Shown: in pieces, positions 9,642 through 17,927 of the stretch
How the letters are laid out: every line of letters starts with the position of its first letter
How positions within the stretch are numbered: position 1 is the first letter of the stretch
Virus record (IMG/VR): IMGVR_UViG_3300010233_001188
Span: 1-64,000 of that record
Strand: one strand, 5' to 3'
DNA from: a virus
DNA: 64,000 nt
Program-made: the position numbers and the translations under genes
Notes under the pieces: model-generated
What the model saw: the letters and a program-made list of their open reading frames with translations, nothing else
What the model was told of the DNA's origin: nothing
Databases searched by the model: none

Positions 9642-9983
9642 TCACATAACCGCCTTTGCATCGAAGCCATGATGCTTACATACCAACGCTAACAATCTTT
9701 TGAACTCGGAATCATGCGGTGATTTAGGCTTGAACGTACCACGGCTCATTTGATGAAGATGCACCATCTCGTGAGCCATAGTAGGCAATAAAGCCGCTAA
9801 ACTGCTATGACGCCCCGTAGAGACCCGAATAACTTCACCATTACAATCGGCATCATAATTCTTAGTCTTAAGCACCTTGAACTTAATGTCCGAAGCTGGG
9901 GGCATTTTCCATCTATGAAATGGCGCTGTTGCTCGTAGCAGATCGTATGCACTAGCCAGAACAGCTTCGGTAAGCACGATCAT
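9642..9983 (-). CDS. SprT-like zinc metallopeptidase
   Basis: TMAHEMVH (HExxH) plus downstream H...F (PHDSEF). Confidence 0.75.
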   Translation of the reverse strand: MIVLTEAVLASAYDLLRATAPFHRWKMPPASDIKFKVLKTKNYDADCNGEVIRVSTGRHSSLAALLPTMAHEMVHLHQMSRGTFKPKSPHDSEFKRLLALVCKHHGFDAKAVM

Positions 9984-9986
9984 GTT

Positions 9987-11045
9987 TTACGCAAACTTAC
10001 GCCGTAAGAATGTCAAGAAGTCTGCTCCCTGCTCGACATCAGGGATTACAGTAATCAATCTAGGGTCATTATCTTCGTAAATAGGATTGATGATTGTAAC
10101 ACAAGCGGCGAACGCATTCTGATCAGGCAAGCCTAATTCTTCTGCGTAACGATCATAAGTTTTATACCCCGCACAACGTATGGCCCAAGACAGTAGCCCC
10201 GAGGACGGATCTTTTAAAGGCCCTCCAATAAAACTTACATGCTTGTGCCCGCAAGTAAGAATGTGGTCACGCCATCCGCCCTGGATCGCTTTCATCGGCC
10301 CATGCGAGGGGTTCCACATCGAATGTCCTGCAAAATCGTGCCGGGCATTAACACGTACTTCTTTTCTATTAGGGAATTTCAGATTGATGCGAACGCCATT
10401 AGCATCCCATGCAGTATTAGTATTCGCCATAATCCATTTCAGCGGATCATTATTCCCGCAGAAAAGATCATGATTTCCTTGAACGAGATACAACCAATGC
10501 ACAGATGTAATAAACCATTCCACCAATTGCCATGCTTGACTAGCGGATGTGCCCTGTTCCGCCCACAATCGCGTCAATCTGCCTACCCAAGCATTCTGAG
10601 CATCGCCTAAATTTGCCCCGAACAAACCTTCGGTCTTTTTGATGGTGTTTATATGCTGCTCAATAAGCCCTAAATCTGTACCGTCATCATCAACATGCGG
10701 ATCGCCAAAATGGACAATTCCGATAGGGCCTTTGATGTTGACTAATACATCACGAAGCCGAGATGCTTCCTTGTACTTACGCTTCTGCTCGAATTGCTTC
10801 TTACGCCACGCAAGCAATTCCTCGGTAGAAAGATTCTCTTTAGGAATAGGAGGAACAGAAAATGGCTTCTCGGTGTAAGCATTATCTTTGGACTGATGGA
10901 GATATGTCTGGTATCTGTCGCTAACGGTACGGCGATTCATACCTAAAATTCTAGCGGCTTCAGCTTTATTTCCGTTATGGGCTTCTACCGTTTCACCTAA
11001 TTTTCTAATATGTTCTGGCGTAGAAGGAGGACATTTGTCTCTCAT
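9987..11045 (-). CDS. HTH-fused calcineurin-like metallophosphoesterase
   Basis: N-terminal Fis-like HTH (GNKAEAARILGMNRRTV); GDPH, LGD, GNHD, H and GHKH motifs. Confidence 0.82.
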   Translation of the reverse strand: MRDKCPPSTPEHIRKLGETVEAHNGNKAEAARILGMNRRTVSDRYQTYLHQSKDNAYTEKPFSVPPIPKENLSTEELLAWRKKQFEQKRKYKEASRLRDVLVNIKGPIGIVHFGDPHVDDDGTDLGLIEQHINTIKKTEGLFGANLGDAQNAWVGRLTRLWAEQGTSASQAWQLVEWFITSVHWLYLVQGNHDLFCGNNDPLKWIMANTNTAWDANGVRINLKFPNRKEVRVNARHDFAGHSMWNPSHGPMKAIQGGWRDHILTCGHKHVSFIGGPLKDPSSGLLSWAIRCAGYKTYDRYAEELGLPDQNAFAACVTIINPIYEDNDPRLITVIPDVEQGADFLTFLRRKFA

Positions 11046-11329
11046 TTAGACCCACATACGGCAAAAATCGCCGCATTCGTTTTTCTAATTTGCATCACTG
11101 TATCCGGTTGATCGTATTGTGACGCTTGAGTTGGAGGCAGCATGCCCTTCAACCAAAGCCCTATACTCGTATCTATACCCGGAGCGTGATATTTAATTTG
11201 CGGAAGCGAGGAACAGGGCACAGTTTGTAGGGTTGGGCCAGAGGAAAGATTAGATGCGGTTAGGGTCGTGCAAGATAGAATTGGCGTCATCAGTAACAGC
11301 GTTACGAGCGCTATCTGCTTTTTGGACAT
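11042..11329 (-). CDS. Putative outer-membrane spanin (Rz1-like lipoprotein)
   Basis: Signal peptide with lipobox-like ILSC; overlaps the upstream Rz-like gene; lysis module. Confidence 0.65.
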   Translation of the reverse strand: MSKKQIALVTLLLMTPILSCTTLTASNLSSGPTLQTVPCSSLPQIKYHAPGIDTSIGLWLKGMLPPTQASQYDQPDTVMQIRKTNAAIFAVCGSK

Positions 11330-11459
11330 TAGATAACTCCTGTCCTTGATCGGCTACTTTCTGCTCGGCTTGGCCTTGGGCCTCACCTTGGGCTTGCTGT
11401 CTCTGCCCAAAATACCATTTGAACAAAGACAGCAGTAAATCAGAAATTGCAGCCCACAT
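11250..11459 (-). CDS. Putative inner-membrane spanin (Rz-like)
   Basis: N-terminal hydrophobic segment then Q/A-rich coil; overlaps lipoprotein gene. Confidence 0.55.
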   Translation of the reverse strand: MWAAISDLLLSLFKWYFGQRQQAQGEAQGQAEQKVADQGQELSNVQKADSARNAVTDDANSILHDPNRI

Positions 11460-11461
11460 TG

Positions 11462-11791
11462 TTATGAAGCAGAAACAGATGAAGCCTGGACCAGAGCGAT
11501 CAAACCTTGAATGAGTTGAGAACCAGCAGCCTTAAGCAGCGCTGCTTCATCAGCAGTAGCAGTATTCAACATATCGGTTTCAATCTCTTCAAGAGATTTA
11601 CCGGCAGTTGCATCTGTTTGCACTTTACCTAATACATCAAGGATGACCTGAGCTTGCTGAACTGTCAAAGCTTCAAATACAACTTTGAGAATTTCCCACA
11701 CGCCGGTAGCGGTAGTCACAAGCTCATCCTTAAGCCAATTTTCACCAGCGGTCAGGTCAGTTTCAATAGTGGTAATAAGAGAAGTAGCCAT
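11462..11791 (-). CDS. Hypothetical protein, lysis module
   Basis: AAGGA RBS; helical protein. Confidence 0.7.
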   Translation of the reverse strand: MATSLITTIETDLTAGENWLKDELVTTATGVWEILKVVFEALTVQQAQVILDVLGKVQTDATAGKSLEEIETDMLNTATADEAALLKAAGSQLIQGLIALVQASSVSAS

Positions 11792-11940
11792 AATGAATTA
11801 TCCTTTTTCACAGTAAAGGAGCGCATTGGGGTGCTGCGACGGTGTAATCTTTCGGGGAGAAAGAGCCGTGCTGCTGTGACAGCTTGTGCGCTCTCTTGTG
11901 ATTGCGCCGTCGCAGCATTTGGTCTAGGCTTTAGGTAAGC

Positions 11941-12405
11941 CTAATTCTGATGATCGATTCGAGCTTGAGCCAATCCGCCGAGGTTTAAACCAGCGGTTTC
12001 GGCTTTTTCTTTATCCACAGCGCTATGTGCCGGAGAATGACGCTTTGAAGCCTTCTCAGGCCGCTCAGGATGGCTCGTAGCGGCTAAATGTGGTTTTTGG
12101 TACTCAATATGGCCTAAAGTACCAGAAAGGCTTGTAAGAGCTTCCTGAGAAGGCTGGTCATAGTTTAGATTAGTTCTAAACTGATCCTGGGTATGAAGCG
12201 CCGCTTCGTCTTGGGCAAGCTGGGCATGAAGCCCGTGCAAATCGTTAACCCAACAAAAATACAACCCGCCTGCGATAAAGACTAAGAAATAGCTCAGAAA
12301 TGTATCTAGTCTTTTCTCTTTTTTCCCACGAGGACCGATGGCAGCCATTAGCTTTTCACTCCAAACAACCGGCTTATGGGACCTTTCAGCAATCCGATAA
12401 GCCAA
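11941..12405 (-). CDS. Hypothetical single-pass membrane protein (true start probably near 12348)
   Basis: Hydrophobic stretch FLSYFLVFIAGGLYFCW. Confidence 0.55.
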   Translation of the reverse strand: MAYRIAERSHKPVVWSEKLMAAIGPRGKKEKRLDTFLSYFLVFIAGGLYFCWVNDLHGLHAQLAQDEAALHTQDQFRTNLNYDQPSQEALTSLSGTLGHIEYQKPHLAATSHPERPEKASKRHSPAHSAVDKEKAETAGLNLGGLAQARIDHQN

Positions 12406-12770
12406 TCCATTCCGCTTGGACCGAGAAAACCTAAGGTGCCGATGCCGCCAAAGATAACCCAGATATTTGTAATGTTTTCGTAATTAGCAATGGCATAAGC
12501 TAAGCCGCCAACGAAAGGTGCGGCCATTGTGGCGCATCCTAAGCTCACCCAATCAACACCGATGTTCTGGCCCAGTTGGCGCTTTTTATAAGCCTCATAC
12601 CCGGCGCGACCAGCCATGCCCAGCAAGGCTACAAGCGTAACCGCAATAAAGATGACGACTGTGCGGAACATCTCTTCCCCGCCGAAAGCAACTCCAACAG
12701 CAGAACTAATGCCGATGGTATGAACAATGATGCCGGTAGCGGTAGTGCCTGATGCCGGTTCGGCTGTCAT
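12348..12770 (-). CDS. Putative holin
   Basis: Three to four hydrophobic segments, directly after the endolysin. Confidence 0.6.
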   Translation of the reverse strand: MTAEPASGTTATGIIVHTIGISSAVGVAFGGEEMFRTVVIFIAVTLVALLGMAGRAGYEAYKKRQLGQNIGVDWVSLGCATMAAPFVGGLAYAIANYENITNIWVIFGGIGTLGFLGPSGMDWLIGLLKGPISRLFGVKS

Positions 12771-12783
12771 ACTGAAATGTCCT

Positions 12784-13185
12784 TTATGCGGATTTGAGAA
12801 TATAGAACGAATGCGAACCTATCGTAACGAGTGGATCAACCGGCACACCCCAATCTTTAGGAAAAGGCAATGATGAAACTTTGTAGTAGAGAGCGCCTTT
12901 AGTCGGATCAACTTCGCCTGCTAATGCAGCGTGGTAATAGTTAGCAAGAAGCGTCAGCTTAGGATCATCCGTATCTATAGATGCAATTACTTTACGGTTC
13001 GGGTCTGACGGATTCCATGCAGAAAACTGAAAAGGCCACAGGCATACTGATAACGGACTTGCACCCCATTGTCCCCTGAGAACCCGATTATGAATAACAT
13101 GAGCGACGGCACGTTGACCTAACTCAGGCTCGCCGCGACACTCTCCAAAAATGGTACGAGCGACAATATCTGAATAAGCATCCAT
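12784..13185 (-). CDS. Endolysin, SleB/Hydrolase_2 cell-wall hydrolase
   Basis: ARTIFGECRGE, AVAHVIHNRV, QFSAWN, DPTKGALYY, IGSHSFY. Confidence 0.9.
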   Translation of the reverse strand: MDAYSDIVARTIFGECRGEPELGQRAVAHVIHNRVLRGQWGASPLSVCLWPFQFSAWNPSDPNRKVIASIDTDDPKLTLLANYYHAALAGEVDPTKGALYYKVSSLPFPKDWGVPVDPLVTIGSHSFYILKSA

Positions 13186-13557
13186 TTATGGCACTCCGAT
13201 GCAAGGTAAGCGCGCCACGCCCACCGCAACATTGTTATCGCTAGAGGAACAGATGCATTCCAGGAGGTACACTACGCCCGCTATGCCATCTACGAATTGC
13301 TGAATGACCGCTGTATTAGTTATGCCTGTTCCTTTAGGCAGAGGCACCGTGCCTATAACCGCTGGGCCGTATAGATGGGATTGTGGATTTGGATCAGTCC
13401 CGGATTGAATCAAGACATTGATGGTGGGAGTTCCTGTCAAGACAACCCCTGCCGCTAAAAAATTACCAAAATCAAAGCTGATGGATTGAGACTGGTACGT
13501 GGCCCATATCGGAGAAAGATTTACAATCGGGACTGGACAATTGGCAGCCATTAGCAA
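13186..13557 (-). CDS. Putative tail-fibre adaptor protein
   Basis: Small beta-rich protein (SFDF...L, G..GVVYLLEC) at end of fibre module. Confidence 0.5.
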   Translation of the reverse strand: MLMAANCPVPIVNLSPIWATYQSQSISFDFGNFLAAGVVLTGTPTINVLIQSGTDPNPQSHLYGPAVIGTVPLPKGTGITNTAVIQQFVDGIAGVVYLLECICSSSDNNVAVGVARLPCIGVP

Positions 13558-14306
13558 TCAGACTCCGGTTCGGGGATCACCGCGTTATAGGTAGAAGCAT
13601 CAATAACGGCCACAGCATCTCCTGGAGTAGGGGTTCTAAAAACAGAAAAGATGATGTTTTGTATTGAAACAAATACAATGGTTTTTAGTGTCTGCTTAAA
13701 AAGCGCGATAGCCTGAGATTGGAATAGCGGAATTACTACCGCTTTCTGTACGGCGTATATTAAGTTCTGGCCTTGCTGAATAGCCGGAGTGATGCCGTGC
13801 GTGACCAGCCTGACCATCGCGCTTATCTGGCTTTGCGTAAATGCGATTAGGCTATTGAAAGCTATTCCGGCATGAACCATTTGGGCTTGCTGTAGAGAAA
13901 ACCCATGTCCGATAGATCGAAATAATGCTAGAATATTGGCCTGCGTAACCTGTACAATCTTACCAAGACTCTTACCAAGCGACAACGTTTGCACTTGGCT
14001 AATTGCTATGGTTTTCTCAAAAGCTTTAGCAAGTGTAAGTAGCTGTATTTGACTTATAGCAATTACTTTAGATGGGGATTTGATTAATCCCATCAATTGA
14101 GTTTGGAATATCGCTAATGTCTTTAATGCGCCCTTACCGGCAGAAGCGATTACCGCCTGGGTTTGGCTCATTAAAAAGGCTTTAGAAACTGCCTTAGCAA
14201 GCCCGATGCTTTGAGCTTGCATCACTGTAACAGCCGTCGCAATTGTACGGACCCGGGATGTTGCCGCAATCGGATATCCACCAAGACCTAATCGGGTAAA
14301 TGCCAT
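13551..14306 (-). CDS. Putative fibre protein with ~18-aa QxQ repeats
   Basis: Periodic K...K.(I/V)..SQ.Q...L units; paralog of 17385-17927. Confidence 0.6.
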   Translation of the reverse strand: MAFTRLGLGGYPIAATSRVRTIATAVTVMQAQSIGLAKAVSKAFLMSQTQAVIASAGKGALKTLAIFQTQLMGLIKSPSKVIAISQIQLLTLAKAFEKTIAISQVQTLSLGKSLGKIVQVTQANILALFRSIGHGFSLQQAQMVHAGIAFNSLIAFTQSQISAMVRLVTHGITPAIQQGQNLIYAVQKAVVIPLFQSQAIALFKQTLKTIVFVSIQNIIFSVFRTPTPGDAVAVIDASTYNAVIPEPESDC

Positions 14307-14307
14307 A

Positions 14308-15165
14308 TCAGATTATGGAGAACGTATCGCCGGAAACCGGAGATGCGGGAAGCGTGCTCACAGTGAATGTAGGGGTAGCCGAATTAGTAGAAGCTGAAAT
14401 AGATGCAACAGCCCCTTGAAGCCCTGTGGTTGTGGTATTCGAATCAAACAGGATTGTACGATTGCCAAACTGATTAACGGAGCCAACGGTTGCCCCCGTC
14501 AACGCAGAGGTCGGAATAGATGTAGTATTGCCGCCTGTAGTAACAGTGCCTCGCAATACATCACGAGTCGTAATGGCAAGATTCGTGGCGGAGGTGGCAT
14601 TACCGTTTACCTGAGAAGCGTTAACCGCTGCCGTGCCAGTGACATTGCCAACATTACCGCTCAAATTGCCTGTAATGTTCCCGGTGATTGTGGTAGTTGT
14701 AGTTCCGGTTACAGTGATGTTGCCAAATGTAGTTGTACCAGCATTGCTGCCGCTAATAAGAATGCCACCCGCAGCACCAGGAGTTGCCGCCGCGACGTTA
14801 TTGATATTCTTGGCATTGACATCGGGGATACCTGATGTAGAGGCTGTCACATTACCCCCGCTCCATTGCGTAACATTTACCGAAGTCGTTACGCCAATCT
14901 GATCGTTAAAATCGGTATTATCCGCACCTGAACCTGTAATGTGATAGGCAAGATCGCCGGATGTATTTGTATCAACGGTTGTTAGAGCAACCCAATACCA
15001 ACCGCTACCAATTTCCGACACATTGCCCGCAGCGGATGCAAAAGATGCTGTATTCTTGGATATAGTAACAGACGGGCTAATTCCTGTAGCCGGACTTATA
15101 TGATCGGCAGAGCTGACCATAAAGAAGGTTCTATTATAGGCAGTAGATAGGTTTAAACTCGCCAT
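14308..15165 (-). CDS. Virion structural/fibre protein, S/T/G/N-rich
   Basis: Tail module; about 15 N-X-S/T sequons. Confidence 0.7.
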   Translation of the reverse strand: MASLNLSTAYNRTFFMVSSADHISPATGISPSVTISKNTASFASAAGNVSEIGSGWYWVALTTVDTNTSGDLAYHITGSGADNTDFNDQIGVTTSVNVTQWSGGNVTASTSGIPDVNAKNINNVAAATPGAAGGILISGSNAGTTTFGNITVTGTTTTTITGNITGNLSGNVGNVTGTAAVNASQVNGNATSATNLAITTRDVLRGTVTTGGNTTSIPTSALTGATVGSVNQFGNRTILFDSNTTTTGLQGAVASISASTNSATPTFTVSTLPASPVSGDTFSII

Positions 15166-15196
15166 TGCCTAATCTAACTTCCTCCTAGGACCATTC

Positions 15197-16600
15197 TCAT
15201 GATTTCATTCCCCCGGCCTTAGTGCCGACTTGCGTTCCAGCGGGGCCAAAGGGTTTTGCTCTATATATGCCCATATCAGCGGTGTTCTGAATCGCCCATC
15301 CAAGCCACCCGCTTATATTAGTCCCGAGATTGGCATCAGCGCCCGCCACTTTAGTGAGACTGGAATTAACAGTGAACGCAGAAGACCCCGTGCCCGCCGC
15401 CACAAAACTAAGAATCAATTCGTTATTAGCCGTAGGCGTGATGTTCCCGGCTGATAATGATGTGGCCCCTGTCGAGGTGTTTCCGCTGGATTGATCTAAC
15501 GGAGCACTTGTATCCGCCTTACTCCACGCCGAAACAACCGCCTCAACTAACCCACCTGTTCCTGACACAGTAAAATTATGAGAGGCGCTAACAACCGGAT
15601 TGGCGCAATAATACATACTGGCTTCAGCCACTACGCCAGAGTTCTGCGTAGAGACAAGCGTCCAGGTATTACTATTGGAATCCATAAGCGTGGTTAAACC
15701 AACTGCATCCGTTTGAGCAATACCAGCCACTAATAAATCAGCCCCAGCTGTACTGATATTAGCGCTGGTTCCACCATTAGCCCCAGTGACAGTCGTATTG
15801 CCAATAGCAGAAATAAGGCCAGGAAAGTTACCCTGCTTAAAAGAAGCAGTTATAACCGCTGCGCTTTCACTACCGGACCAACTCCAAGTAGGATTGATGG
15901 CGGCCCCTGTATATGCCTTTGATGCCAGCCTCAACCGGGGGTGATCATACGGAGGATTATAGGTTCCCGGAAAGGTGCTGTCCAAAAACACCCTTGGTCC
16001 CCCAGCCATGGTCCACACACGCCCCTGAGTATCATACCCTGGCGCTTTATCCATGAGTAGACAGGCTACCAATGAGGCAGGGCGTATAGTCCATGGTGGC
16101 TTACCAGCAGCCGCTTCTGCTATTTCACCAGCCGATAATGCAGCATTATGAAATGACACCCACGCAAGGTCACCCTTGAAGTATGGGTTAGATAAACCTT
16201 CAAAGTTACCTCCCCCTACGTAAGTGGCGTTTAACCCGGTAGGCGTCAGGTTAATAGCAGAAGAGGCCACCTGTGCGCCGTTTACGAAGAGTGCGTGTAC
16301 CCCCGCTGACGCGCTACGCCCGCAAGCATGCACCCACACGTCATCCACGCAGGCATTAGGAGCCCCACAAGCAGCATTTGACCCGCCCAGACTAGGTTGC
16401 CACTCTATAATATTAGTGTCCCCCCTAATACCAAGCCAAAATGCATTGGTATTGGTAGAAGTGTCTACTATGAGGGCAGCGTTTCTCCAGATGTTAACCC
16501 CCAATGGCCTCATCCAGGCCATGACAGTGAGGGGGTAAGCGGTTATGAGCGCCGAACTTAACGAGAGAAGATCGGCAGTGCCATTAAAGTTGGCGGGCAT
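15197..16600 (-). CDS. LamG/concanavalin-like tail protein (possible receptor binding)
   Basis: TVMAW, WVHACG, LFVNG, YFKGDL and ALSAGEI LamG pattern. Confidence 0.75.
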   Translation of the reverse strand: MPANFNGTADLLSLSSALITAYPLTVMAWMRPLGVNIWRNAALIVDTSTNTNAFWLGIRGDTNIIEWQPSLGGSNAACGAPNACVDDVWVHACGRSASAGVHALFVNGAQVASSAINLTPTGLNATYVGGGNFEGLSNPYFKGDLAWVSFHNAALSAGEIAEAAAGKPPWTIRPASLVACLLMDKAPGYDTQGRVWTMAGGPRVFLDSTFPGTYNPPYDHPRLRLASKAYTGAAINPTWSWSGSESAAVITASFKQGNFPGLISAIGNTTVTGANGGTSANISTAGADLLVAGIAQTDAVGLTTLMDSNSNTWTLVSTQNSGVVAEASMYYCANPVVSASHNFTVSGTGGLVEAVVSAWSKADTSAPLDQSSGNTSTGATSLSAGNITPTANNELILSFVAAGTGSSAFTVNSSLTKVAGADANLGTNISGWLGWAIQNTADMGIYRAKPFGPAGTQVGTKAGGMKS

Positions 16601-16602
16601 GG

Positions 16603-17355
16603 CTATATTACTGTGTCGTATATACCGATGTATTTTATGCTATTCACCGCCAGGGTCATGCCGCTGAAGTTCACCATGGCTACGCCCCAACGGGCGGGTA
16701 GGATGCCCCCAAAGCATCTGGCCGCAGAGAACGGGCCTGCCTTTAATTCAACATCTTGAGTAGTATAATACACCACGCCTAGCAGCGGCAGATTACTTGC
16801 AGAAGAAGTCACATTAGCGAATGTCAGTGTTGTTGCTGTAGTCGCATTGCCAACTATGTTGGCAGCACCTGTGCCAGTATAGACCGTACCACTCGTATCC
16901 ACCATGCCATAGGCATACATATAAATAGCGGAATTACTCGCGGGAGCAGTATTAACCGCCGCGAAGTCAACCATAACCAATGCATCCCGGTAAAGATTAG
17001 TTGTGTTATCGACGTAATTCGATACCCAACCAGCAGTCGCTGAGTTCGTAAGATTAGCGCTTGTGAGATCGAAAGTCCCCACACCGCTAAACGCTTCCTT
17101 AATGCTGGAATTTTCTTCTAGCTCATCTAGCTCGTCTAAAGCAGTGGCCGTATAAACATACGGAAGTAATTCAACCCCATCATGGCCTGCATGACGCAGC
17201 ATAAACTCGTTGGCCTCATTCGTGAGAATGGGGGAACGATGCTTCTTTCCGCATTTTAAGCACACAGCCATTTGATAGGGCCGGTCCATCATCGTAATAG
17301 GCCCATCTAAGCAAGAACGGCCAAAATCCCTTACGCCAAGAATCGTACTGTCCAT
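16603..17355 (-). CDS. Tail-associated protein with N-terminal C2H2-like zinc motif
   Basis: CLKC...H..H N-terminus then beta-rich domain. Confidence 0.6.
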   Translation of the reverse strand: MDSTILGVRDFGRSCLDGPITMMDRPYQMAVCLKCGKKHRSPILTNEANEFMLRHAGHDGVELLPYVYTATALDELDELEENSSIKEAFSGVGTFDLTSANLTNSATAGWVSNYVDNTTNLYRDALVMVDFAAVNTAPASNSAIYMYAYGMVDTSGTVYTGTGAANIVGNATTATTLTFANVTSSASNLPLLGVVYYTTQDVELKAGPFSAARCFGGILPARWGVAMVNFSGMTLAVNSIKYIGIYDTVI

Positions 17356-17384
17356 TAGCTTCCTATTGGGAAAATCGATGGGGG

Positions 17385-17927
17385 TTAAGAAGAACGCCGG
17401 GGCGGCATGATGGCGTTATAATTCGCCATAGATATCACGGCCACATATTTACTTGGCGTGGGCTTTCTAAAGGCTGAGAAAACAAACCGCTGAATCTGTG
17501 TAATGAAAACTACACAAGAATGAGCATAAGATTGTATAGTAGATACAATCTGAGACTGACTTACGCTTATACCCAATGAATAAGCAGCGCCAAAAATCAG
17601 AGAAGTGGTTTGAATCTGAATCAGCACTACTAGCTTGGTAGAGGTTTTAACTAACCCGAGTGTCTGATTCTGACTACTGGTTAGTAGTAGAGTAATGCCC
17701 GCTACCATCTCCAGGAGAGATGTTTGCAATATAAATATTGATTTGCTTATAGAGTTGTGCAAGAGATTGAATTGTGCTTGAACCGCCCCAATCAATTTCA
17801 CATCACTCTTGAGCAAAGCCGCCTGCTGACTTTGCGTGAGGGTAACGGTGCTATTATAGGCATTAGCTCCGCCCGTTAAATCGAGGCGTCCTATAGGGCC
17901 ATAGGCAACTGGACCGAAACCTAGCAT
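17385..17927 (-). CDS. Putative fibre protein with QxQ repeats
   Basis: Same periodicity and C-terminus as 13551-14306. Confidence 0.6.
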   Translation of the reverse strand: MLGFGPVAYGPIGRLDLTGGANAYNSTVTLTQSQQAALLKSDVKLIGAVQAQFNLLHNSISKSIFILQTSLLEMVAGITLLLTSSQNQTLGLVKTSTKLVVLIQIQTTSLIFGAAYSLGISVSQSQIVSTIQSYAHSCVVFITQIQRFVFSAFRKPTPSKYVAVISMANYNAIMPPRRSS

